Shown: piece after piece, positions 36,309-50,744 of the stretch
Layout: every line of letters begins with the position of its first letter
Numbering within the stretch: the first letter of the stretch is position 1
NCBI RefSeq assembly: GCF_052425735.1
Contig: NC_135764.1
Coordinates: 9,796,001 to 9,860,000, forward strand
DNA from: Oculina patagonica
Taxonomy: Eukaryota
Length of the DNA: 64,000 nt
Direction: 5' to 3'
Notes under the pieces: generated by a model
What the model was told of the DNA's origin: nothing
Databases searched by the model: none
What the model saw: the letters and a program-made list of their open reading frames with translations, nothing else
Position numbers and translations under genes: made by a program

Positions 36309-39071
36309 TCTCATTATATCTTCAAGCAAACTACAATACCAGCGATAAGCTCTTTCCAGATGCTTTTAAAGCAGTTTTCAATTACGGTTAGGAGATCATA
36401 ATGATTGTATAGTTAGCTTTGGTCACATTTTGATAAAAAGTACAATAATACTTTTGCTCATTTAGGGTAATATATTTTCCCGTACGAGTTAGTTATAAAG
36501 ACGACGTCCACCAGTATTTGCATCTTAAATTAAATGTAAAGTCAAAAGAATTGCAAAAAATTAAATGTACATGTTGACAATGTGCCAGAAAATTACAAGC
36601 TAAGATAAGACATACAAGAATTCAAAGCCGACTTCATGGAAAGTTGTTACCGTTTTAACCCATTTTGAACAAGAAAAGACATTTAACGCAGCTTTCAATT
36701 ATGGTTAGAAGATCATATAGTTACAAAGTATACATCTTTTGGTCATTTAAGGGTAATATATTTTCCCGTAGAAGAAAACATATTCAACGAACTATTACTA
36801 GAGGTAGTCTATTAGGTTTCATTTCTATTTGCTCCAGGTGAACATTGGATAAAAAAAAGTCTGTATTGTCCCTTCTGCCACTGACTTAGGATTATTAATT
36901 TCAGCATATTTACCAGTAATTTACATCTTGAATTGTAAAGGCAAAAAGAGTACAGATTAAGACTCTGTATACATGCTGAAAATGTGCCAGAAAATCACAA
37001 GCTAAGTTAAGCTAAACGAAAGCCTTCCCGTTTTTAACCCATTTTCAATGAGAAAATACGATTATCTAATTTCAGTAATCACTGATATTGAAGATGTCAT
37101 TTCTAAAATCAATACACGACCCTTAAAATAACACAACCTAACCTATTTTCATGTTCTTGGTATATGTATGTTTTTCAAATCAAATTCACCAGAATTGATA
37201 TCAGGTTGAAAGTAAGCTGTGAGTGGATTCGAATGGTCGCATATCATCTAGAGGAGACATCATTCCTTTATTGGAAAAAAAAAAAAACTTCTGTTTTATT
37301 TCACTTCAAGGATTGTTTTCTAAAATTATTATGAAGATAGCAAGCTTGCTCACGTCCTGTTTTTGTAGATAAAAAATAAAAGTAAACAAATTTCAAATTT
37401 GTTTACTTTTAAGTTATTAGATATTTCTCGTTGTTCTTGGTAAATTGGTGAACCTCAGCCTAACATTTTTGTCGGGAAACAGTTTAAAGGCGACACTTGT
37501 ATTACATTGTTTTTTCCTAATATCGCTCCTTTACGTTTCCAATAAATTCAATTCACATTGTTGCTATGTTTTTTAGAAAGTTCACATGTTATTCATTTTT
37601 GCGTCGTTTAATATGATGTTGAAAAATAAACGTAAACATAAATCTATTGAAAATAAGTTTATTTAAAAATAAATCAGAAAAAAGCACGAAGTTAAAGAAG
37701 TAAACACAGCTATCAGAAGGATGTAATTGTTGGCGTGTAAACATCTTGGCTTTTTTGAGGGCAACAATGATCTGGCTAGGTTTATGGCTGGTTAAATCAA
37801 AATAATAAGGACATTTCTAAAAATTATCTCAAAATAAAATAATGAATTTGGTATCTTTCGCCTCTTACTTGAAAAAACTGAGTTACTTACATTCAAACAT
37901 CGTTTGATGAATGTTATAACGTCCATAGCACTTTCAATAAAATATCAAAAATCTATAATGTCACATTAAACAATTCTCCCGCTCTCCTTTAGTGAAAGAA
38001 TCCTAGAACCCTAGTTTTTTTTTTTCTTTCTTTTTACCTACTGTTATCCCATAAGGGCAAATTGTAAAATATAAAAATAAGTTAATGATTGCAAAAAGGT
38101 TCAACAATATTCATCATTCAGTAAATGGAGAGTTATTTGATATTCTATTCTTCCCTTGTGCAGTACTTAACGCATGCAGAATCATCTTGTGTCACCTCCC
38201 CGATCGACTAGCTTACAGTTTGCCTTCAATTCTCAAAAATCTCTTTATAACCGACATTTTGATTGTCCTAAGGACCGCAATTTTAATCAGGATACTGTGC
38301 CTTTCTCTTTTCAAACATGAAACTGAGGTTAGTCAACCATTCATCTTTTGTTTAGAATTGAAATTCCAGAACTTCCTTCACGAAGGTAAATTAGTAATAT
38401 TGTGCACACGATGCGTTTCGTTCGCTTTGCAGGAGAACATACTTGTGTTAGGAATTTTTTTTAATCATTCGATGCCGATCAGTCCAACAGGGGTACCCAA
38501 AACAAATATGAATAAAAAAATACCATTTTGCTGCCATAAAGGAGTTCTCTTAGTTTTGCCAAGTTTATACTTATTTTGTTAATCTACGTAATAAATCTTA
38601 ATCTATTTGTAAATAAAATTTATTCTTAGAAGAAATACATCCATCAGGAAAAAAAAAAGACTTTTCATATAAGACCACCCTCGGAAGCAAACCTCTCAAA
38701 CCATATGCCCTTTAACACAACATTAGGCGATAAGCTAATGGGACTAATTGTTACAAAAATATAAGTGCTTATTGTGTTACTATTTTATTATTTCACAATA
38801 TAAAGGGGAACGTATTGATCATATATTTTAAAAGTAGTAGTTTCAGTATCAGTGGTTATATTTGGAAGTTCGAGGAAAACAAGTGTATCAAATAGAATCA
38901 TAGAGTACTTTTGTAGATAAGGTTATTTGGCCAATAACATTAATGTAGCCTTGCAATATCGTGATTCATTTGGCATCTTGTCAACATGGTGCACCCGATT
39001 ATCTGTCACCCAAAGGTATAAAATGCACCATTTGTGGTTGCTCACCAGCCAGAAACGAAGAAGACTTCACG

Positions 39072-39653
39072 ATGAACAAACTGTTCTTGTTAGCACTGGT
39101 TGGCTTTGTGCTGGCCATAGGCTTGGCCCTTCCTTTCAATGAGGATGGAGATCAAACAAATAATGACCTCAAATCAGAAGACGCTGTGAGGTATGGTAAA
39201 AAATATGCTTAAAAGATCTCTTAAGTTTTCTAACAAAGACAAAGATGTGGCGTGCTTTAACAGTTGATGTACCTTGTTTTTCAATCGCACGAGCAAAATT
39301 GGTGCTGACTTGTTTTTTTGAATAAGTCAAACAACGCTTGTGCATTCGCAGGTAGTTTGTGTTAAATACCTATACATGTTATTGTCATTTTTTTTCGAAG
39401 GGACTTCAACTGGGATGCTGCAGATAATGATGTAGGTGAAGATGAACACGACTTTGAGGAAAACAAAGACAACAAGGAAGATTACGAAGATGATGATGAT
39501 GACGATGATAATGGCGAAGAAGACGAAGATGACGACAATTCTTTATCAAATCCAATAGAGAAGTCATCAGATCGCCAAATTGTACGACGCTTATTTCGAG
39601 TCCGTCGCTTCTTCCGCGGCACTCGTAGATTCTTCCGCCGCTTCCGTGGCTAA
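39072..39653 (+). CDS. Type A prepropeptide A2, 123 aa; exons 39072-39190, 39401-39653
   Basis: Paralog of A1. Donor GAG|gtatgg, acceptor ttttcgaag|G. Exon 2 is absent from the ORF track but is open and ends with the same SSDRQIVRRLFRVRRFFRGTRRFFRRFRG*. Confidence 0.85.
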
Positions 39654-42005
39654 AGAAGTAACACCTGCCAGTTCTAGGTATGCACGCCCCAAGTTTTGAG
39701 CTTTCATGTTTTCACTTTAGTTAGGGCACTTTTTACTGATAATCTTAAGTCACAGTTTCAACTTCACTTCAGAAATGAGGCGTAAAGATAACAAGATAAC
39801 AAAAAAAAAAATGATTAATGAATACAATAAAAAAACTTCATAGCTATACCTTGAAAGATTAAGCCGACTATGGTTCTCTGTGCCTTAAGTGAAGAACGCC
39901 TGAAAAAAAAAAAACATAATGATTAGCGTGTATTATCTTTAACAACTTGCATGCAGCTAATGTGGCGTAGAATTTCGTGTTGATGTTCTGTTATAGTAAC
40001 GTACGTTATAAAACGCCATGCAAACCGTTTTTTTTTGTTGTTGTTGTAGTTGTTGTTCTGTTCTCTTATTTTGCATTTTTTCAAAGACTAGGTAGTCAAG
40101 TTATTATTGTTTTACTAATAAAATTTAAGAAAGAAGGCCTTTTTTGTCCTGCATTTGGTTGTAATTTTATAATTAATATATGTTTGAAACAATGCCTGAA
40201 GTAAGTAATATATTTGCCGGAGTCAGTAATATAGTTGCTAAATAAATGTATTATTTTCCTTAATTCATTTGTCCCTTAAAGAAATGTACACAGAAAAAGG
40301 AAAGAAATTAAATTAATATATTCTAAAAGTAGATATCTTCATTGTTTAATCTATACTTTTTTTTTTCTCTACAGATGTACCCTCCATGAACAAAACTGGA
40401 AAAGCCAAGCTCTGTCAATTAACAATACTAGAAAAATTTGATAAAGTAAAGTTTGGAAGCTATGGTAGATAAAAGCGTAAAACTGTACTGATCTTTGTTT
40501 TATATAAAAAATTAAACGTAGATTTTGTGATAATTATTTTTAATTACAAATAGTTATTTTTTATATAAGGTTTTTTTTTCATACAAAGTTCTAACACTTT
40601 GTAAAATATAAAAAACGATTCTTCGGGTGCAAGCAATAGTTGCGGTTCCACTAGGCCTTTTGCTCTCGGGAAAGTACGACTTTATCTAAATGCGAGAGGG
40701 GATTGTGTTTTGTGTGTAACCTCAGGACCTACATTGAAACTTCTCATGGGAAATCGCTACGGATACGTTAAAGATAACAAAATAATTGCCCACGACATTC
40801 CCAGAACAAAGGGTGTATCTAACAACAAGAGTGGTTCCACACATCGGGTTGAAGTAAATGCCGAATAAAGGAAACGGACGCACATGTTGCTGGGCACATT
40901 TTTGCAATTTGGCATTGAACTCGCACCCCATGGCCATTCACATTCTAGTGTTTGCACGCAAAAGTAGGCAGAAACTCTCGGAAGTTTCTTTCCACCAGTG
41001 ATCGGCTGCTCTGTTGTTTAAAAATCTCAGGGACAAATTCTGGGGAAGAGGGAATGCCCATGCGGCTAGTAACTTGCAGACGACGAGCTCTATAATACTA
41101 AAACAGCTCCTGGAGTGAATAAAGAAATCATAATCGCGGACGCATTCTACGGATTTCCTTTAAAACAAGCTATTGGATCCGGATCGCTAAGTCACCCTGA
41201 GATCGGTGTATAGGAAGTACAAAAACGAATATACGTTTCGTTGCGGCTAGTCCAAGCTCGACCTTGTGTAACCGGAAAACTATTTGAAGTGTAACGCCGA
41301 AAATTATCCAGTAAACCTGTGCTGGCAATTCATGTCTTTGTACTAGTGTACATCACGCTGGGCGGATATTTGTATAGGAAAATAGATGTATCTTTTGAAA
41401 TACGCACTCCGTGGACCGGGCAGTCAGAAAGCAGGGACGGCGGATCAATTTCCCAAGTAGGGGGGGGGGGGGGGGGGGGGGCTGACTAATGACTTGAAGT
41501 GGGGGGAGGGGGGGCTTAAAAGACCCTTCTCTCAGTAGTAAACAAGTATCAATAAACAAGCTCCGGAGTACTTACAATACCCATTTAAACCATTCAGCAC
41601 AGACTATAACCTTAGAGACAAGGCAAATAAGTTAGCTCTACCTAAGCCNNNNNNNNNNNNNNNNNNNNNNNNNNNNNNNNNNNNNNNNNNNNNNNNNNNN
41701 NNNNNNNNNNNNNNNNNNNNNNNNNNNNNNNNNNNNNNNNNNNNNNNNNNNNNNNNNNNNNNNNNNNNNNNNNNNNNNNNNNNNNNNNNNNNNNNNNNNN
41801 NNNNNNNNNNNNNNNNNNNNNNNNNNNNNNNNNNNNNNNNNNNNNNNNNNNNNNNNNNNNNNNNNNNNNNNNNNNNNNNNNNNNNNNNNNNNNNNNNNNN
41901 NNNNNNNNNNNNNNGTGGAACGATTTTCGGAGAGCGCTCAACTTTTTAGGAGCGGTACTAAATTATTTAAAAAGGTTCCAGGCTTCAATAGTATTCCATC
42001 GATTT

Positions 42006-42059
42006 ATTGCAACAGCTCTGTTTCGTATGGTCAAAAGATGACCACACTCTTCAGGCAAT
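42006..42059 (-). ncRNA. Second copy of the hammerhead ribozyme (other arm of the inverted repeat)
   Basis: Reverse complement of 43789-43842. Confidence 0.8.
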
Positions 42060-43788
42060 TTTTTCGAATGACCGTTAATTTGAATGCTGGCGGTTAAATA
42101 CAAAATACAAAATATACAAAATATGGTTGCTAGGTAGCAGTTGTGTAGATTACGTTACTTTAAAGTTCTTGAGGACAAATCTATTTCTATGGGGGCATGA
42201 ACTCGCTAATTCGTTGCGCTTGTTTAAGCTACAAAGATCTTTTTTACAGATAATAATAAACTTTTCGTGGAGACATAGATTACATTTCTTGCTAATATTA
42301 TTGTATGGCTGACACTTTCTTAGCACTTTCCATTTGATTTGATAGGCTTTTTTCGCGTCTTTAAGAGTCCAGATGTGTTTTGATAGTTCAGTTTCATTTC
42401 TTTTGTTGGTGTGTCGAAAGGATGCGTTGTGGTTTCTGTAGCGGTCTTTAAAGTTTGTTGCTAGTCCTACGTATGATTCCGTGGAAGTTTCGCTTGTCAC
42501 TGTTGCTTGATAGACTACATTGGTTTGGAGACATTGACCTTCCAGAGGGCACTCATTCTTTCTCCTGCAGTTGCACCCATCACGTGGCTGTTGAGTTGGC
42601 GCTGGCGTGACATTTGAGAGAATGCTTTTGTTGTGCGATGCGATAGTGGATTTCATGTTTGGCATGCATGAGTAGCTGAGCTTGATCGTGTGTCTGTTGA
42701 AAATCTTGTGTAGCGGGTGGATCTTGGGGAAGCATTTATCAACAACACAAAGAAACTTTCTTCCAAGGTTGGTTTTCAGGTTTGAATTAAATGGCGGGTT
42801 GTACCATGTTACGTTTCGTCTTCGCTTTCTCTTATTTCTCGTTGCTTGTTGTGCTTCTGGGTGGTATGTGAGCTTGTGGTCATATCCGCTTTCCTGGAGT
42901 GCTTTTTGGTAGGGAGGGATGGCTGCGTCAAAAACTTCTTTGCTAGATGAAATATTTGTTAATCTTTTGTTAATGTTCAGGGGTATGTTCTCAAGTAATG
43001 CGGGGGGATGGTTACTCTGTCGGTGGACGTACAGCAATTTATTGTTAGGCTTCATGTAAGGTTTGTAGCTACCGCTTGCGAGGTCGAAGGTCACGTCTAA
43101 GAAGTCTACGATCTTTTTGTTTGCGTCGATTGTGATTTTAAGCCCGTTTGCTTTAAATGCGTTGCTGACTTCTTGCTTAATCTTTTCAATTTCTCTGGGT
43201 GTAGCTCTACATACGGCGATGCCGTCGTCACGGTAGAGGCCTACTTCATGTTTAAACTTAGGCGCGATGAGGGACAGCATGTATGCCCCGATCAGCTCAC
43301 AAGTTTCTGCTCCGTCGTATGAGCCCATTGTCACGTCAAACATACTGTCACTGTCTCTTTTTGTCCATGGGGAGTTTTGGGGACTAGCAACAAACTTTAA
43401 AGACCGCTACAGAAACCACAACGCATCCTTTCGACACACCAACAAAAGAAATGAAACTGAACTATCAAAACACATCTGGACTCTTAAAGACGCGAAAAAA
43501 GCCTATCAAATCAAATGGAAAGTGCTAAGAAAGTGTCAGCCATACAATAATATTAGCAAGAAATGTAATCTATGTCTCCACGAAAAGTTTATTATTATCT
43601 GTAAAAAAGATCTTTGTAGCTTAAACAAGCGCAACGAATTAGCGAGTTCATGCCCCCATAGAAATAGATTTGTCCTCAAGAACTTTAAAGTAACGTAATC
43701 TACACAACTGCTACCTAGCAACCATATTTTGTATATTTTGTATTTTGTATTTAACCGCCGGCATTCAAATTAACGGTCATTCGAAAAA

Positions 43789-43842
43789 ATTGCCTGAAGA
43801 GTGTGGTCATCTTTTGACCATACGAAACAGAGCTGTTGCAAT
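43789..43842 (+). ncRNA. Minimal type I hammerhead ribozyme in the Penelope pseudo-LTR
   Basis: ATTGC-CTGAAGA-GTGTGGTCA tcttt TGACCATAC-GAAAC-AGAGCT-GTT-GCAAT: core boxes, stems I and II, and a very short stem III. Confidence 0.8.
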
Positions 43843-45392
43843 AAATCGATGGTATACTATTGAAGCCTNNNNNNNNNNNNNNNNNNNNNNNNNNNNNNNN
43901 NNNNNNNNNNNNNNNNNNNNNNNNNNNNNNNNNNNNNNNNNNNNNNNNNNNNNNNNNNNNNNNNNNNNNNNNNNNNNNNNNNNNNNNNNNNNNNNNNNNN
44001 NNNNNNNNNNNNNNNNNNNNNNNNNNNNNNNNNNNNNNNNNNNNNNNNNNNNNNNNNNNNNNNNNNNNNCCCCCCCGGCTCCGCCGTCCCTGAGTCTTAG
44101 CTTGCGTTCAATTTCAGGAATAAGCAAAACCGAACATAAACAGGAGGAGATGAAGAGATGAGCTTGATGATATTTTTTTTTTTCAAATGTGAGAAAATGT
44201 TTCACCAACTGACAGGGTTAGGCTTTTCGATAGAACGATTGTCAATTGGGTGAAAACATAAAACCAGCACCCCTTTAAAGTAATCTCTCTGGTCGGTCAC
44301 AAAGGACGCAAATAGTAGAGTGATATAAACAAACCTAGAAGCGATTGCATGTAGTTGTAGCGAAGCGCGGAAAAATGAGTGTCAGCTAGTCGTAACATCT
44401 GGCACGATTGGTAATGGCTGTACCTACGATTGGATGGGAGAAAAAGGCACCAGATTTCAAGCCAATCGCTAAGCGTACTAAAAACCAATATAATGAAGAC
44501 GCGAATTACATTGACACGCAAATGATTATCGTTTCATGCATGTAGCTAAACAGTAGCTCAGTGCACGTGGTATTTCTATCTCAATGAAAGGGAAACCAGA
44601 ACAAACCAATTAATAGAGAACATTTATTACCAACGGCTTTTTGTTACTGATAGACAAAGCTGAAATATGAATTAAATATTCATTTATTCGTTATAAAAAG
44701 GCTGATACAAGCTTATTCATATGCTTTTATATTCTACATGAATCTTTTAATTAACAGCTTAGTTTCGTTAGAGCATTTTGAAAGTTGCGTTCTGTTATTC
44801 TTCATCCGTGGAATATCCTTGTAAACCTAATGAGACGAAAAAAGTATTCATATTTTAAAGCAAAATAAGTCACGCACATACCCTTTGCGTAAGTTTTTCG
44901 AATTAGCAAAACACGTGTTTTTTTACATATCAGAACCGTGTTTACATAGTCCATGCAAAATGACGATACGGCCAATCTAAGCGTCCGTTATCCGATCAAA
45001 ATTCTAGACCTCCTTCTAAAATGGACATATGCAATGGTTGACATATCAAAACTTCCGCAAATGAAGTTTAAACAGCTACTAACAATTTCAGCGTTATATA
45101 GCAAATCCTCTATTCAAAATTACGAATAAAATCGATAGGTGATTTATGCAATTGAAAACAAAGTGTTACACAATTGGCTCCAATGCACGAGTCTTTGAGG
45201 TCGTTTATTTAGTCTAAGTCTTTCTCGTTTTCTTTGTGAGCTTTGGCGTGATTATTTATTGAGAATAAAAACATGTAAATGGTCCGAAACGAAATATATT
45301 TGTTAAAAAAAAGCATTTAAAAAACGAAGATAAAAAAAATGTTTCCGTTCTCGTTACCTTCAGTTGATTTGAAGTCCCTTAGTACCGAAGCT

Positions 45393-46339
45393 TCAACCGC
45401 GGCTTCGGCGACGACGTCGGAAAAATCTTCGAAATCTTCGTCCACGGCGGGATCTTCGGCGTCGGAAGCGGCGAGCAAGTCGGCGAGCCCCGCGAAATAT
45501 AAGGAAGGGCAGTATTGGATCAGAAGACTTCTCAACCAATTCTTTGTCCAATGGATCAGACAAAGAGTTTTCATCCTCGTCATCTGCATCTTCATCGTCA
45601 TCGTTTTCGGCGTCATCGTGGCCATCGCTATCTATTTCGTCTTCATCCAAATCCTTATCACCATCATCCAACTTAGGGTTGCTGATGAAGAATCGAAAAC
45701 AAAAAAGAAAGAAAGAAATGTAAATGTTTTACACGCCGTTTTAAAACCTTGGCGCTCACCTACATTAAACAAAATCACTTGTACTGTTTCACATAATTTT
45801 ATCTAATTACAACAAAAATACGCGAGTACACTGAATGTTAAAATACAAATGACCAACTAACATTAGAAAAATATAGCATGGCAATGTTTCTATGTCGATG
45901 ATCTTTGAAAGATACATTATTAGTCGTCAGTTGAGATATGAATTAGCACGTTACATTTAAATTGCAAGGGGAAAGCTAGACCTGCTTTAATTTGGAATTA
46001 CAGTAGTCAAACCCCAAAGTTCCCCCATTTTTAATTTCGAAATACTTTTTTTCCGTGTCGATGCTTTGCCTTGGAACTTGTTTCAAAGGGAAAAAAATGA
46101 TCATATGTGAAAAGGAAAACAAGGGAGACTTTTTTTAAATATACTCTCTTTTTCTTTTCGTTTCTCGACTTTCGTCTTTCTTCAAGTACAATTGCACTTA
46201 TACCTTACCTCTGAAATATGTCGTTTCCAATTTGCTTCCGTTCAGCTTGATAAGCCTCAGCTTCATCTTCAGTGAATGGCAAAGCCAAGCCTATGGCAAG
46301 CACAAAGCCAACAAGAGCTACAAGAATCAATCCTTTCAT
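45393..46339 (-). CDS. Type B(II) prepropeptide B3, 139 aa; exons 46339-46209, 45681-45393
   Basis: Exon 1 read manually: MKGLILVALVGFVLAIGLALPFTEDEAEAYQAERKQIGNDIFQ. Exon 2 ends ILPFLIFRGARRLARRFRRRRSRRGRRFRRFFRRRRRSR-G*. Confidence 0.87.
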
Positions 46340-49300
46340 CGTGGAGACTTCTTGCTTCTAACTAACAAATGAAACTGTATTTCGCATTTTATACCTTTGG
46401 ATAAAACAGCACCGGATATGCCTTGCTGCCTATGTGCCGAAAAAAGTAAAGATATTGACAAATCATGTCAATATTACTCACTTGAAAACTAAGTTTAGTT
46501 ACAATTATATGCATAGTTTTAACAGCTTTTTAATTTAATGACTTTTTAGGTTTTTAATCGGCGAGATGCCCAAATATGATAAAGTTCTCATGTGGCCGCT
46601 GAGTATAGAAATAGTAACTACATGTTATTAAATATAACTATATATTGAAGTTTAAAAGACCACCTCTGAAGTTAAGGTGTGGTCTTAACTTCGATCTTCC
46701 GTAAACCTTCAAAACGTTTCCCTGACGTCACTTGAAACGCCCAACCTTTCTCAACTACTTCACTTTGTTGATTAACTGAGTTAATATCGTTGGTATGGAT
46801 ATGCTTTTCAAATAAAGCAAATTCATCTTTTTATATCGTTTATCAAAAAATTTAAGCGCATTCGGAGGTATTCGCCTTCAACAGAATATTTTAATCTTGG
46901 AAAAAGTTCATGTAGGTTCGAATTCAATTTTGAACCCTCAACTGCTTCATTGAAGGAAATTCCAAAAAAAAGGTTTGATTTGGTTTTAGAAATCCCCACC
47001 ACAATGTTTTGATTTTTCATTTTTTTTTTTATTAAACATGGTAAATATTTTTCTGTTACATGGCAACATTAAATATCCTTTTGAAAACAATCATATATCC
47101 GAGTACTTATAAGTGAACCCTTGTAAAAAGTAACCGAAAATGTTTGGATGTTTTGAAATAGAAAAATATTTATATATTTCTCACTATCTTGCCATGTTCG
47201 TGTCAATGAATTACTTCCAACTACGTAAACACAATTAAAACGTCAAATCGCGGCTTCCGCTGCCTGTTCCTTGGCGGCCAGAGAGTTCAATACTTGAATC
47301 AGGACCGAAGTTTCACAAACAGCGAGGAACAGTGTTGTAAGAACGACTGGGTTTAAAAATTTACCTTAACGTAGCTGTAGGTGGAAAATGTCGCAGCAGT
47401 ACTTAACAAGTAGAGATTAATCAAATTTTATTATTCGGGCAATATTACAATTCATAATCCATCAAATGTTATCGCTCACGCGCGATTGTTTAGTAAGCGT
47501 CACTTGACACAATATGCCCCAACTAAAACTAAAATTGGGAAATATCCGAGGGAAATTCCCCAAGTGATATTTTCCGTTTACCAACTTTGTGATACGCTCA
47601 GTGTTTAACCAGAGTAAATCGTTAAATTAAACATATGTTCAATAGAACTAAACTTTTTTGAGCAGACAAACAATGCTTTGAACGCCAACAGAATTACTTT
47701 AACGTTTAAAAGTTTTGAGAGAAAAATTTCCCAATATAAGCGGCCTATAAATATCTGAAGGATAATGAAAACAATAGTCGCAATTTGGCTTTAAAAATAT
47801 GCACGGATATTTGTACTTGGGCATTATCTGTTCCTCGAAGCTTCATTCTCGGAAAACTGTTCACTTCTCAAAACAGATAATGTCCGCGAACTAATATATA
47901 TCTAAGCCTCCATTTTCGAGTTAATGGAGGCTTTTTTACTTTTTCTGCGTCGTTTCGTGTTTAGTTTTAGTCTTAAAATTTCTTTAGTTTTAGAACTCTT
48001 TAACGAACGCAGTTTTCAAGATGTGGTATTCTGTTCGAATTTTGCATGAAGTTGGTAAAAAGTCTTGTTTCCTTTTAGCCCTTTGATTGCCTTTTAAACC
48101 AGGACCCGTATTCATGAATTCATCCTCAGTCATAAAAGACTTCTTCGTACTTTGGGACGCATTATGTCTGAGCTTTAATTGTAAGACATGTTTAAAGGTA
48201 TTCACAAAACGGACCTGCTTGCTTACTAAGAAATTTCTTAACTCTCATCAAACCGTGCATGAACCTCGGCCTAACACCTTTGATGGAAAACAGTTTTAGA
48301 TACGACACTAGTATTGCATTATTTCTTTCTTTCTTCGCTCCTTTACTTTGCCAATAAATTCACATTGTCACTATAGTGTAGGTCTGTATACGTGCAATAA
48401 TTATTATTTTTTATCATTTTTATGTTATCCGTATTTTTGTTGCTTTTGCTTCGCCAGATATCAGGAAAACGCTCCCGTTTCAGGAACCAATAAGATTACA
48501 GATAAAACTTGCTGTTGTTCTTCCGCTTTTCTTTCGATGACAATATTTCCGCTGCAAAAATAAGTAGGAGTTCGTTTTAAAAAAATGTCATGAACGTGCT
48601 TGATGGATCACTTTTAATAACAGTAAAAGTGAGTCCGCTATGCGAACATGTGTGGACTTTCATTTGAATAAAAGTTGGCATTATGAATTAATCAATGAGT
48701 TACTGTAGCACTCAACAACTTCAAGTTTCGAATCGAGTAATTCGAGATACAAGGCGAAAAAACAAAGAACTTATCAATCAATTTATTTTTTACAAGACTG
48801 TTGGAAGAACAAAGTGTACTATTACTTGTATTATGTACTACGCTTCAAGAAACACACGTTACCATTGCCGCTTGGGATGTCACGCAATGTGAATGAGCGT
48901 GGTGTTACCCTTTGTCGCGTCGTTCACGACAAATGCCTTTTTTCATGCAAATAAAAACCTAGAATCCTACAAGAACAGCAGTTATTAGACCAAAAGCGTT
49001 TCCTTACCGCTAGCAAGATAGGATACTATTTTCATTAAAAAAAAGAAATGTTGCGTGGAGCACGTGAACCTTTCTCGCATTGCTTGTTTACACAACCCTT
49101 ACTTTTTGTGTAAAGCTTGTGTAAACAACTCATCGAAAAACTTATTTTCTTTCATTGAGTTTTTTTTTTTTAACCTTTTTTGGAATAATTTCTTAGTAGC
49201 TTGCGTTAAAAGGCGAAGAAATATATTTTTCTTTTCACGAAATAATCACTTGGAGTCGGTGTTTTGAGAGGCGGCGAAGGACGTTATTTGAACCGACAAT

Positions 49301-50744
49301 TAAATTATTTGTCGCACGGTTTGGATATATGCATATTCTACGGTTCGATGTTACTTTTATCCTTTCATGACAATGTTTTAGTTCAGTTCTAAATTCGACA
49401 TCGGTCTTCTGTTAAATATACCACTTGAGAGAAGTGGAGCAGGTGAATTATATCGCGGAGTCCAAGCAAGTAAAACAACATGATCAGCGAACTTGTTTTG
49501 ATACAACTCGTTGTGCATTCATTGTGTGGCAAAGCTGAAAGAAATAAATAACCAGACATTTGATTCGTTTTAATATGCGAATCAAATATGCTCAAGCCGC
49601 ACAGAAAAACAAACACTGCGGAAAGTGAGTTAAAAGTGTGAAAAAAAAAGATACGTGACCTACGACCGCAGTTGTTCAGCTCATTGGATATGCAGATTTC
49701 AGCCGTCGCGATTGTTATTTCACTTTTCATCTACGTCTCCGCTGCCTTTGAAGTTGTTCCTTAATGAATATTTTCCAGCAACCACACGCTCTTCGAAAGA
49801 TGTGTCAGAAAAGGCTTCTATATTCAATAATTAAGTGCGACTTACTCGATACTGATCGAATTTCTGGGTTTACTTCCTTGGCTGTCCATCTCACCGAAAC
49901 TTCGGATTCTCCGATCACTGTCGAAAACTTCCGAAAGCACTAACCCGAGTTATCACGGAAAGTGACCCCTCAATCGGAAAAAACTGCATCACAACAATGT
50001 GTAGACTTTAAAGTCCACACAAAAACACATGGGTTTATCTTCAGTCAAACAGTAGTAGCCATCAAATATTACTAAATATTGCTACCATAAGAGAAGTTTG
50101 GTTAAGTTTATACTAATTTTGTTTACGTATATATATATAATATATCGTAAGAAGTATTCATGTCAGGTAGAGAGCTTTTTCATATTTGACCGACCCTCGG
50201 AAACCGATCAACCAAAAGCACAAGATTAACTGATAAGCTAATAGGACTGGTTGTTAAAATAACATAATAAATGCACACTGATATAAAAGCTACTTATGTT
50301 ACTATTTTATTATTCCACAAAACGAAGAATTGAAGATGGGCTATTGATAGGAGTAGATAAGAATCAAACTAAATTTCTCATGATAAGGGGAACATATTGA
50401 TCCTGTATTTACAGTATCAATGGTTATATTTAGAAGGTCGAGGAAAACAACTGCATTAGATACAAACGTAGAGTACTTGTGTCGATAAACTTAGGTTATT
50501 TGGTCAATAACGTTAGCGTAGCCTTGCAGTATCGCTAATCATTTGGCATATGGTTAACCTGATTATGTTTTGTTTTTGATGTAAAGATCAGATCTTTGCA
50601 AGTGTATTGAAACCTTAATTTTGGGAATTGTTAAAATTTGTGAAACCCAAAATTGGTTAAAAATGGAAACTCGCGTTTTCTAGCCTCGTTAATTTTCTCA
50701 TTTCGAGATATAACGGTGAAGACATAGATGTTTATATTTTTCCT

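Larger units (their letters stand above)
41980..43868 (-). mobile_element. Penelope-like retroelement (5'-truncated RT + GIY-YIG, ORF 43343-42150) with inverted duplication of its 3' end
   Basis: MGSYDGAE, YRDDG, FLDVT, CNCR..CPLEGQC, NVVYQATV..YVGL, CNLCLHEK. 41980-42467 and 43381-43868 form a 488-bp inverted repeat. Confidence 0.92.

Noticed and set aside
38085-38582. 165-aa hydrophobic ORF upstream of A2
   Set aside because: The frame is broken in the paralog at 57231-57492; chance ORF in AT-rich DNA.
41598-41978. LINE-like residues (DYNLRDKANKLALPK) flanking a gap
   Set aside because: Probably a short CR1/L2 3' fragment, but mostly N, so it cannot be delimited.
43267-43698. Stand-alone 143-aa GIY-YIG gene
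   Set aside because: It is the inverted duplicate of the Penelope 3' end fused to antisense RT sequence.
48300-49970. Unique segment with a 113-aa ORF (49389-49730) between modules 2 and 3
   Set aside because: No recognisable domain or splice structure; left unannotated.
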